Made by a program: the position numbers and the translations under genes
The notes under the pieces: generated by a model
Told to the model about the DNA's origin: nothing
The model's database searches: none
What the model saw: only the letters and a program-made list of their open reading frames with translations
Assembly (NCBI GenBank): GCA_963666205.1
Contig: OY762654.1
Location: 1,280,001-1,344,000 of the forward strand
Reading direction: 5' to 3'
DNA: 64,000 nucleotides
From: Synergistales bacterium
GTDB taxonomy: Bacteria > Synergistota > Synergistia > Synergistales > JAFGMB01
Shown: in pieces, positions 18,275-27,027 of the stretch
Layout: each line of letters starts with the position of its first letter
Numbering within the stretch: the stretch's first letter is position 1

Positions 18275-19273
18275 GTGAAGAAAAATACTCTGGCAATAGT
18301 ATTGACAGGTTTATTTATTTTTTCCGCAGTTCTGCTGTCAGGTTCACCTGCAAGGGCAGAAGAACCCCTGGGTATCGAAAACCTCAAGCTTTCCGCGGGC
18401 AGTGTTGGAGGCAGCTGGTATCCCCTTGCAGGCGCCATGGCTGACCTGCTCAACAAGACCTTTGAAGGTGATCCTGCAACCGGAATTCCTGGAGGCTCCG
18501 TAGCAAATCCCGGCATAATCGCCAAGGGACAGGCAGAAATAGGTTTCTCCTATTCTTCTTATCTTGCTGCAGCAGCAGAAGGGATGGATCCCTACAAATC
18601 AAAGATCACCAATCTCAAGGGTATTATGAAGATACTTCCCATGTATGTTCAGATCCTTGTTGAAAAGGAGCAACCCTTCAATACTCTCGATGAATTCTTC
18701 GAGATGAAACCGGCTATTAAACTTTGCCCTCTCAAGCCTGGTGTCGGAGATTTCTGGGTTGCACAGAAGATCTTTGAATTCTACGGCTACAAACTTGAGG
18801 ATGTGAAAAAATGGGGCGGAAGCATGCAGTTCGTAGGCTCCAGTGAAGCTGTAAACCTCTGGAGAGACCGTCACATCAATATGTACACAAGGCAGGGAGG
18901 TTCCCCCACTTCTGATATATACGAAATGATGATTTCAGTTCCGGCCAAGATCCTTCCAATAACCGGTGAACTCAAACAGACCCTGATAGACAGATTCGGG
19001 ATGTCCCCCCAGGTCATTCCGGCAGGAACCTATCCTGAGCTCAATGAAGATGTGGAAACAGTGGGTATGTCTGCGGTTCTCTTCTGTACGGAAGACCTGC
19101 CGGAAGATGTGGTTTATAAATTCACCAAAACCATGCTTCAGAACATGGATCATCTTGCCAGTGTCTACAAGGTCCTTGGTACCCTTGATCCTTCTACTCT
19201 CTGGAAAAACCTTGGAGCAGAACAGCATCCCGGAGCAAGAAAGGCCTTCGAGGAACTTGGCTATCTCAAGTAG
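18275..19273 (+). CDS. TAXI family TRAP solute-binding protein
   Basis: Signal peptide; GSVGGSWY, GGSV.N, IPAGTY, HPGA.K.FEE.G. Confidence 0.92.
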   Translation: MKKNTLAIVLTGLFIFSAVLLSGSPARAEEPLGIENLKLSAGSVGGSWYPLAGAMADLLNKTFEGDPATGIPGGSVANPGIIAKGQAEIGFSYSSYLAAAAEGMDPYKSKITNLKGIMKILPMYVQILVEKEQPFNTLDEFFEMKPAIKLCPLKPGVGDFWVAQKIFEFYGYKLEDVKKWGGSMQFVGSSEAVNLWRDRHINMYTRQGGSPTSDIYEMMISVPAKILPITGELKQTLIDRFGMSPQVIPAGTYPELNEDVETVGMSAVLFCTEDLPEDVVYKFTKTMLQNMDHLASVYKVLGTLDPSTLWKNLGAEQHPGARKAFEELGYLK

Positions 19274-19302
19274 GATCCTTTTATTCAACATTCTGCAAAA
19301 TG

Positions 19303-19333
19303 AAGGGACAGGAAATTTCTCCTGTCCCTTTTT
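19303..19333 (+). terminator. Stem-loop after the SBP gene
   Basis: AAGGGACAGGA...TCCTGTCCCTTTTT. Confidence 0.75.
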
Positions 19334-19364
19334 GTAATTACCACGGGAAAAGGAGTTTTCCGAC

Positions 19365-21314
19365 ATGACAAGCAATATCAGAAAAGAACAGCCCCCCATT
19401 CTGGAAACTAATATCCGTTCTCTTAAAGGAAAAACAGGATATCTGATAACAGGACTCCTGGTGACCATGTCCCTGGTCCACCTTTATCAGATAGGTTTCG
19501 GAGTTTTTGAAGCTACCCTGGAACGATCCTTACACCTATGTTTTGCAATCCCCCTGGTCTTCCTTGGCTCATCATACGCAAAAAACAGATCACTCAAAAA
19601 AATACCCTGGTATGACTGGACCCTTGCCCTACTTGGAGTCGCAGCGTTTGCCTGGGTTATGTTCAACCATGGAAGATTTATGTGGAGAATGCCCTATCTG
19701 GATGAACCTCTGCTGCTCGACCTGATCTTTGGTGTTTCCGCTGTCATCCTTGTGCTGGAAGCAACGAGAAGGACCGTCGGACTGGCCCTTACCCTGGTTA
19801 CCCTAACCTTTATCCTTTACAGTTTTCTGGGAAACTATCTGCCTGGAATTCTTGGCCATGAAGGAGTACCTCTTCCTCTCTTCATTGACCATATCTACCT
19901 GACCACTGAAGGTCTTTTCAGCAAGATTATCGGCGTCATTTCCATATATACATTTATTTTCATATGCTTCGGCGCTTTCATGGAAATATCCGGCGTAGGC
20001 AACTTCTATATAGCTTTCTCGAATTCAATTATGGGGAAATACAGCGGGGGAGTCGCCAAGACTGCTGTTTTCAGCAGTGCCCTTATGGGCTCCATTTCCG
20101 GAAGCAGCGTAGCGAATACGGCCACGACCGGGGCCTTTACCATCCCCTTGATGAAAAAAACAGGCTTTAGCGCTGAAGAAGCAGGTGCAGTAGAGGTAGC
20201 CGCTTCGACAGGGGGACAGATACTGCCTCCCATCATGGGTGCCGGAGCTTTCATAATGGCAGAATTCACGGCTACACCATATATCCAGATCGTGGCCGTA
20301 TCAATACTTCCAGCCCTTATCTATTACATCTCTGTTTTTACAGCAGTTCATATTATGGCAAGAAAAAATGGCCTGCGTGGACTCCCTGAAGAGGATAGAC
20401 CCCAACTGATCCCCACCCTTAAAGAGGGATTTCATCTGCTCCTGCCGCTGGTAGTTCTAATATACCTTCTGGTTGAAGGGTTCACACCATACTATGCAGG
20501 TTTCCTGTGCATAATCTTTCTGCTTATAGTCACAGCATTCAGGAGCGCCACCCGTTTTAATATTCCCATGATACTGAAGAGCCTGGAACTGGCCAGCGCA
20601 AGGATAATACGTATATCTCCCGCCGCTGCGTGTGCAGGAATAATCCTCGGAGTCTCCACACAGACAGGAGTAGCCCTGAAGATCTCCTCCATCATACTTT
20701 CAGCATCAGGAGGACATCTGTTACTGGCCATCATTCTCGTAGGCGTAATATCCTATCTCCTCGGGATGGGACTCCCGGCCACAAGCGCCTACATAATCGC
20801 AGCCATTCTGGCATCTCCCGCCCTTGTCAAACTTGGTGTTCCCATGCTGGCGGCCCATCTCATCGTTTTCTGGTTTGCCCAGACTTCAGGCTTTACTCCT
20901 CCCGTGTGCCTCTGTGCCTATACAGCAGCGGCCATAAGCGGCGGAGATCCCATGAAAACAGGAATTAAATCAACCAAACTGGCCCTGGGAATACTGGTTA
21001 TACCCTTCCTGTTCGCCTATTCTCCGATCATCTTTACTGAACATAGTGTCAGTCCCATGACTATTGCAACAGTCTTTGTAACAGCTACTGCCGGAATGAT
21101 CGCAATTAACATTGCCATTGAAGGATTCCTGCACAACAATGCCGTCGCTTCATGGGAAAGGTCAGCCCTCATACTGGCCGGGATAATGCTCTACCTTCCT
21201 GAGCAGATAAGCAACCTCATCGGTGGATTGATCCTCGGTGCCTTCCTGGCAAAGAGATTCTCCAGAAGGAACAATAAAGGAGGAGGATCCAAAAATGTAC
21301 AGCATTCTTCTTAA
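19365..21314 (+). CDS. TRAP transporter fused 4TM/12TM permease
   Basis: EATRR..G, SGSSVAN, ASTGGQ..PP.MGAGAFIM, LGMGLP.T, TPPV. Confidence 0.93.
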   Translation: MTSNIRKEQPPILETNIRSLKGKTGYLITGLLVTMSLVHLYQIGFGVFEATLERSLHLCFAIPLVFLGSSYAKNRSLKKIPWYDWTLALLGVAAFAWVMFNHGRFMWRMPYLDEPLLLDLIFGVSAVILVLEATRRTVGLALTLVTLTFILYSFLGNYLPGILGHEGVPLPLFIDHIYLTTEGLFSKIIGVISIYTFIFICFGAFMEISGVGNFYIAFSNSIMGKYSGGVAKTAVFSSALMGSISGSSVANTATTGAFTIPLMKKTGFSAEEAGAVEVAASTGGQILPPIMGAGAFIMAEFTATPYIQIVAVSILPALIYYISVFTAVHIMARKNGLRGLPEEDRPQLIPTLKEGFHLLLPLVVLIYLLVEGFTPYYAGFLCIIFLLIVTAFRSATRFNIPMILKSLELASARIIRISPAAACAGIILGVSTQTGVALKISSIILSASGGHLLLAIILVGVISYLLGMGLPATSAYIIAAILASPALVKLGVPMLAAHLIVFWFAQTSGFTPPVCLCAYTAAAISGGDPMKTGIKSTKLALGILVIPFLFAYSPIIFTEHSVSPMTIATVFVTATAGMIAINIAIEGFLHNNAVASWERSALILAGIMLYLPEQISNLIGGLILGAFLAKRFSRRNNKGGGSKNVQHSS

Positions 21315-22698
21315 AAATGGCATTATGGTAGATCCCTTTTCGGGAACAAAACAGAAAATGGATGTTGCTATCGAAGGAAACAGGATCGCTGCACTGGGAG
21401 ATGACATTGATCCCGGGAGCTCCAGGATAACTCTTGAAATGGACGACAAGATCATAGCTCCAGGGATCATAGATCCTCATGTACACCTTACCAGGAGACT
21501 TGGAGGACATGAAGGTTTCTACATGTTGGCACAAGCCGGCATAACTACAGCCGTAGATTTTGCAGGACCTGTATCCGAGATAAGAGACTGTTTTCAGGCA
21601 GAAGCCTGCGGTTTGAATATAGCTTCCCTGGAAGCCATAATACCCGGAGACAATCTTTCCGGCAGCGACCCTTCAGTTTCAGAACTGGAGGAAGTGATCC
21701 AAAGATCTCTACATGATGGCGGACTGGGGATCAAGATCATGGGAGGACATTACCCCCTTACCCCGGAAGCAACGATAAGCGCCATAGATGTGGCCAATAA
21801 AAATTCGGCTTATATAGCTTTCCATGCCGGTACCACAACGAAAGGCAGCGATCTGGAGGGGGCACTTCAGGCTCTGGACCTGATAGGTAATAATTCAGCC
21901 CACCTTGCTCATATAAACAGTTACTGCAGGGGGGCGATAAAGACTCCCCTTGAAGAAGTCCTGGAACTTCATGAAAAGCTGAAGATAAAGAGGAATATAG
22001 TCAGCGGCTCCTACCTGGCCATGGTCAACGGGACCAGTGGCAAGTGCGTAGATGGCAGACCCGAAAGCAATGTAACCCGGAGATGTCTCAGGATGGGCGG
22101 ATATGAACAGACAGCCCGGGGATTGGAGAAGGCCATCCTTGATGGATTTCCAGGAGTCAGCATCAGAAGGGGCAGGGCTAACATCCTCCTGTACGGAGAG
22201 GAAGCCAGGAATATCTGGTTGAAAAATGATAATCTACCCTTGAGCTTTCCCGTCAATTCTCCAGAAGCAATACTGCTCTGCGCCATATCAAAAAAGGAAG
22301 ACGGAAGTTTTATAGTCCCTTCCTTCGTCTCGGACGGAGGAGCCATAGCCCGGAATTGCATTATAGAAAAGGGGCTGACCCTCGTTAAAATGAAATATCT
22401 GAAACTGGAGGATTTTATACTTAAGACATCCGTTAATCCCGCCCGCATGTTCGGTTTTACCACCAAGGGTTTCTTAAAGGAAGGTATGGATGCCGACATA
22501 TCTGTCCTGGATCTGGATGCATGTAAAGCCACAATGAGTATCGCAGGCGGTCAGATGATCATGGTGGAAGGCAGAGTTATCGGTTCCGGAGGAACTCTTC
22601 TGACTACAGCAAAAGTATCAGATACACACAGGCAAAAAACGAATTTCAGAAAGATAGATATGACAAAAAGCTCTCTTTACAGCGATAAAACAGCTTGA
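21295..22698 (+). CDS. Metal-dependent amidohydrolase (dihydroorotase/D-aminoacylase-like)
   Basis: APG.IDPHVH, SDGG, NPA.MFG...KG.L..G.DADI; start ATG 21295 (SD GGAGG). Confidence 0.85.
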   Translation: MYSILLKNGIMVDPFSGTKQKMDVAIEGNRIAALGDDIDPGSSRITLEMDDKIIAPGIIDPHVHLTRRLGGHEGFYMLAQAGITTAVDFAGPVSEIRDCFQAEACGLNIASLEAIIPGDNLSGSDPSVSELEEVIQRSLHDGGLGIKIMGGHYPLTPEATISAIDVANKNSAYIAFHAGTTTKGSDLEGALQALDLIGNNSAHLAHINSYCRGAIKTPLEEVLELHEKLKIKRNIVSGSYLAMVNGTSGKCVDGRPESNVTRRCLRMGGYEQTARGLEKAILDGFPGVSIRRGRANILLYGEEARNIWLKNDNLPLSFPVNSPEAILLCAISKKEDGSFIVPSFVSDGGAIARNCIIEKGLTLVKMKYLKLEDFILKTSVNPARMFGFTTKGFLKEGMDADISVLDLDACKATMSIAGGQMIMVEGRVIGSGGTLLTTAKVSDTHRQKTNFRKIDMTKSSLYSDKTA

Positions 22699-22778
22699 AC
22701 TTCATGCCCCTTATCGCAGAATAATCATTCAGAAGCAGGAAGAGGTACTTAAAGTATCCTCTTCCTGACCCTTTTAAA

Positions 22779-23075
22779 TTAAAACAACTCATCACCGCTT
22801 CTGTTATCAAGACCGGGATGTCCATCGAAACGAACGACCCCGACTTTCGCCTTCCCCTCCACTGCAGCTGCCACCCTTGCCGTACCCACATGCCCGAAAC
22901 CTCCGCAGAGCTCTATGGCTTCAACCCCTTCTTCCACCAGCTGTCTGGCTACATTAACCGCCTCGGCATAATTATTAACGGCCACACTGGTCAGTTCGAC
23001 TTTGGGGGTTATTACAGTGCCCCTGTCCTTTGAGGGATCTACATCGGGTGCTACGAAAATAAAGGCTGCTTTCAT
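22779..23075 (-). CDS. DUF6506-like protein
   Basis: KAAFIF, IELCGGFG, VG.VRFD.HP pattern; start ATG 23075. Confidence 0.75.
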   Translation of the reverse strand: MKAAFIFVAPDVDPSKDRGTVITPKVELTSVAVNNYAEAVNVARQLVEEGVEAIELCGGFGHVGTARVAAAVEGKAKVGVVRFDGHPGLDNRSGDELF

Positions 23076-23290
23076 CTGATCTTCTCCTCCCATTAAAGAA
23101 TCAATTGTTTTTTGATGATCTGAATGTTCAAAGAATTTCCAACTTGCATTATCATACTATCAGTCTCAGGAATAAAAACTCGCATATCCAGAGAATTACG
23201 GGATTAAAAACCGGAAAAAGATAATATAATGCTATGGACAGATAGATCTGTGTGTAATTAACGGTATTTTATCAAAACCATGGAGGTAAT

Positions 23291-25219
23291 ATGATGGAAT
23301 CATTCTTGCACAAAGCTCTGGTTACACTCGTCTTGTCAGGACTTCTGGTCCTTTTGATAATACTAGCAGCGGAAACTCCTATTCGGGCCGGGGAACTTCC
23401 TCCCCGGATCCCGATGGAGGATTTTTTCAGAAAACCGGATATGACCGGTTTTCAGATCTCCCCCGACGGAAGACACTACTCATTCCTGAAACCATGGAAA
23501 GATCGTCTCAATGTTTACGTTAAAAAGATCGGTTCCGATGAGGAAGCTGTCCGGATAACATCGTCCGAAGCAAGGGATATTTACTCCTACGGGTGGCTTA
23601 ATGACAGCAGGCTTGTTTATTTTCAGGATAAGGGAGGAGACGAGAACTCCCATGCCTATGCTGTAGACATTGACAGCACCAATTTCAAGGATCTTACACC
23701 CTTCGAAGGGGTAAAGGCCATGCTGGAGGATGTCCTTGAGGATGACCCTGATCACATCCTTCTTACCATGAACAGAAGAGATCCAAAGGTATTCGACGTT
23801 TACAGGGCCAATGTAAATACCGGGGAAATGGATATGATAGCGGAAAATCCAGGAAACATTGCCGGCTGGGGAACTGACCACGACGGGAAACTCAGGCTTG
23901 CCGTTACTGTGGATGGTCTTAAGGAGACCCTTCTTTATCGTAAAACGGAGGCAGATAAATTTGAACCCCTTATCACGACAGACTTCACAGATAGCGTCTC
24001 CCCTGCTCTTTTTACGGCAGACAATAAAAAGCTCTACGTCCTTTCCAACCTGGGCAGGGATAAACTTGCCCTGTACCTGTATGACCCTGAAAAGAGAAGT
24101 TTTCTCGACCTGATCTATGAAAATGACGAGGTCGACCTGGGTGGAGTAATATGGTCAAGGGAAAGAAAAAAACTCCTTGGAATAACCTACTACACGGACA
24201 AACTTCATAGACATTTCTTCGACAGGGAAACTGAAGACTTCTTCAACATGCTCAAGGCAGAGTTCCCCGATTATTCCGTGGGTATAAGCAGTATGAGCAG
24301 GGATGAAACGAAAATGATAGTCTATATGGCCAGTGACCGGATGCCGGGAAGACTGTATTTCTACGATAAAAATAGACCCGGAGAATTCACTCTGCTTACT
24401 GACCTTTATCCCTGGCTCAAGGAAGAATGGCTGGCAGAACGCCGTCCCGTAACCTACAAAACACGGGATGGATTGACCATACACGGCTATCTGACACTGC
24501 CTGAGGGCAGGGACCCCGAAAAACTCCCAGTAATAGTCAATCCTCATGGAGGCCCTGAAGCCAGGGACAGGTGGGGATACGATGCAGAGGCCCAGTTCCT
24601 TGCGAACAGGGGGATCGCTGTCTTCAACATGAATTACAGGGTTTCCACCGGTTATGGAAAGGAATTCTGGATGGCCGGATTTAAAGAATGGGGACAGAAA
24701 CAGCAGGATGACATTACTGACGGAGTTAAATGGCTTATCAGTGAAGGAATAGCAGACCCCGAAAGAATAGCTATCTACGGAGCCTCCTACGGCGGCTATG
24801 CTACTCTTATGGGACTCATCAAAACGCCTGAACTTTACGCATGCGGGATAGACTATGTAGGCGTGACGGATCTTTTCACACTCTTTGAATCCATCCCTCC
24901 CTACTGGGAAATACTCAAGGAACGCATGTACCACACCATCGGACACCCCGAAAAAGACAGAGATATGTTCAGGGAAAATTCCCCTGTCTTCCATGCAGAC
25001 AAGATAAAGGTGCCCCTCTTCATTGCCCAGGGAGCCAACGATCCCAGGGTCGTAAAAAAAGAATCGGACATGATGGTGGAAGCCATGCGAAAAAGGGGAA
25101 TAGAGGTTCAGTACATGGTTAAGGATAACGAAGGACACGGGTTCAGGAATCAGGAGAACCAGTTCGATTTTTACCGTACCATGGAAGAATTTTTGACCGA
25201 ACACCTTAAACTGCAGTAG
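23291..25219 (+). CDS. S9 family (prolyl oligo/dipeptidyl) peptidase, exported
   Basis: Signal peptide; HGGP, GASYGG nucleophile, ND.RV, EGHGF. Confidence 0.95.
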   Translation: MMESFLHKALVTLVLSGLLVLLIILAAETPIRAGELPPRIPMEDFFRKPDMTGFQISPDGRHYSFLKPWKDRLNVYVKKIGSDEEAVRITSSEARDIYSYGWLNDSRLVYFQDKGGDENSHAYAVDIDSTNFKDLTPFEGVKAMLEDVLEDDPDHILLTMNRRDPKVFDVYRANVNTGEMDMIAENPGNIAGWGTDHDGKLRLAVTVDGLKETLLYRKTEADKFEPLITTDFTDSVSPALFTADNKKLYVLSNLGRDKLALYLYDPEKRSFLDLIYENDEVDLGGVIWSRERKKLLGITYYTDKLHRHFFDRETEDFFNMLKAEFPDYSVGISSMSRDETKMIVYMASDRMPGRLYFYDKNRPGEFTLLTDLYPWLKEEWLAERRPVTYKTRDGLTIHGYLTLPEGRDPEKLPVIVNPHGGPEARDRWGYDAEAQFLANRGIAVFNMNYRVSTGYGKEFWMAGFKEWGQKQQDDITDGVKWLISEGIADPERIAIYGASYGGYATLMGLIKTPELYACGIDYVGVTDLFTLFESIPPYWEILKERMYHTIGHPEKDRDMFRENSPVFHADKIKVPLFIAQGANDPRVVKKESDMMVEAMRKRGIEVQYMVKDNEGHGFRNQENQFDFYRTMEEFLTEHLKLQ

Positions 25220-25232
25220 ATCAGAACCTTTC

Positions 25233-25262
25233 AGGGCCGGGTCTTCCCGGCCCTTTTCTTTT
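25233..25262 (+). terminator. Intrinsic terminator
   Basis: AGGGCCGGG-TCTT-CCCGGCCCT-TTTCTTTT. Confidence 0.85.
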
Positions 25263-25334
25263 CCTGCCATCATGTGTATGTGAAAATCCTGCTGCTGAAT
25301 TTCAACTCAGACAAACTTTACGGTACAATAGTAA

Positions 25335-25346
25335 AGTAACGTTACT
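25335..25346. promoter_or_regulatory. Perfect palindrome, LacI-like operator candidate
   Basis: AGTAACGTTACT, 5 nt after a TACAAT -10 hexamer, upstream of the HAD-OtsB gene. Confidence 0.45.
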
Positions 25347-25431
25347 GTGATTATTTTTATAGAAGAAATAAGGATCTTCTATTCTGCATCCAGGAGCGCT
25401 TAACTGCCTGATCCGAAACGGGGGGATAGCG

Positions 25432-27027
25432 ATGAGAAGGAAAAAAGAATTATTCAATATCAGAAGAAAGGATTTCGATGCATTGCTTTTTGATCTGGAC
25501 GGAGTTATCACTAAAACCGCCCGGGTACACTCAATGTCATGGAAACAGCTTTTCGACGAATATATCAGGGATACGGATAGAATTCCTGAAAAAGATAAAA
25601 AACCCTTCGACCCTGAATACGACTATCACACCTTCGTAGACGGGAAACCGCGCTATGAAGGTGTAAAGAGTTTCCTTGAATCACGGGGCATATCCCTTCC
25701 CTTCGGGAAACCGGAGGACTCTCCGGAAGAGGAAACCGTCTGCGGCCTGGGAAACAGGAAAAACAGGTATTTTCAGGAGTATCTGAAACATGAGAACGTG
25801 GAAGTCCTTCATGGTTCCCGGGAATTTCTGGAACTTGTCAAAGACAAGGGATTCAGGACAGCGGTTGTAACTTCGAGCAGGAACTGCTCTATAGTACTGG
25901 AATCCGCCGGTCTTTCAGATATTTTCGATATACAGGTTGATGGACTCACTGCGGCCAGCCTGAATCTTAAGGGAAAACCCGAAGCCGACACTTTTCTTGA
26001 AGCTGCCAGAAATCTTCATGTCAATCCTGAAAGGGCAATTGTATTCGAGGATGCCCTTGCCGGTGTCCAGGCAGGCAGGGCGGGACATTTCGGCTATGTT
26101 ATAGGTGTGGACAGGGCTAACCAGGGAAAAGCACTGAAGGAAAAAGGAGCTGATCTTGTGGTTAAAGATCTGACAGTATTGTCAGTAGAGGGGCAAATGC
26201 CTGTCACAACCATGCCTATGGGAAATATTCCTTCAGCCATGAAAATACTGAAACATCTTGAAGAAGAGCTACTGGAATCAGATCCTTTCATAGCCCTGGA
26301 TTACGACGGAACTCTGACTCCAATCGTAGAAAGACCGGAACTTGCGGTCCTCTCCCCTGAAATGAGATCAACCCTTAAAAAGCTTGCCGAAAGATTTCCA
26401 GTGGCCATCATAAGCGGCCGGGACCTTAAAGATATAAAAGAGTTTATCAGGCTCGATAACCTCATCTATGCGGGAAGTCACGGTTTTGATATTTCCAGTC
26501 CTCCCCGAATAAACCTGGCCTTCCAGATGGGAAGGGAATTTATTCCCATACTGGACAGGATCCAGAGATTCCTTGAACAACAGGTCAGGAATATAGACGG
26601 TGTCATCCTTGAAAGAAAAAAGTTTTCCCTGGCTGTTCATTACCGCATGGTTGCGGAAGACCAGGTCAACGAGGTTGAACTTCTGGTGGATATGGCTCTT
26701 ATAAAAGAACCGAAACTCAAGAAGGGCCTGGGAAAGAAAGTCTTTGAACTTAAACCCGATCTGGACTGGGACAAGGGACAAGCCCTGTTGTGGCTTATAG
26801 AGGGTCTGGGAATGGATATGGATGAAACATTACCCCTCTATATTGGAGATGACATCACCGATGAAGATGCCTTCAGGACCCTCCAGAACATGGGTATGGG
26901 AATAGTTGTAAGAGAAGGAGAAAGGGAACGCAGATCCATGGCGGAATACAGCCTGGAGAATACCATGGAAGTCAGGATTTTTCTGGAAGAATTAGCCGGA
27001 ATTCCCTCGAAAGGAGAAAAACCATGA
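25432..27027 (+). CDS. otsB: Beta-phosphoglucomutase-family HAD domain fused to trehalose-6-phosphate phosphatase
   Basis: N-domain FDLDGV..VDGKPR..GKP..FED..GV; C-domain LDYDGTL, ISGR, AGSHG, HYR, WDKG, GDD.TDEDAF. Confidence 0.9.
   Translation: MRRKKELFNIRRKDFDALLFDLDGVITKTARVHSMSWKQLFDEYIRDTDRIPEKDKKPFDPEYDYHTFVDGKPRYEGVKSFLESRGISLPFGKPEDSPEEETVCGLGNRKNRYFQEYLKHENVEVLHGSREFLELVKDKGFRTAVVTSSRNCSIVLESAGLSDIFDIQVDGLTAASLNLKGKPEADTFLEAARNLHVNPERAIVFEDALAGVQAGRAGHFGYVIGVDRANQGKALKEKGADLVVKDLTVLSVEGQMPVTTMPMGNIPSAMKILKHLEEELLESDPFIALDYDGTLTPIVERPELAVLSPEMRSTLKKLAERFPVAIISGRDLKDIKEFIRLDNLIYAGSHGFDISSPPRINLAFQMGREFIPILDRIQRFLEQQVRNIDGVILERKKFSLAVHYRMVAEDQVNEVELLVDMALIKEPKLKKGLGKKVFELKPDLDWDKGQALLWLIEGLGMDMDETLPLYIGDDITDEDAFRTLQNMGMGIVVREGERERRSMAEYSLENTMEVRIFLEELAGIPSKGEKP

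Noticed and set aside
24155-25273. 372-aa antisense ORF
   Set aside because: Lies almost entirely opposite the S9 peptidase, with no motifs; shadow ORF from codon bias.
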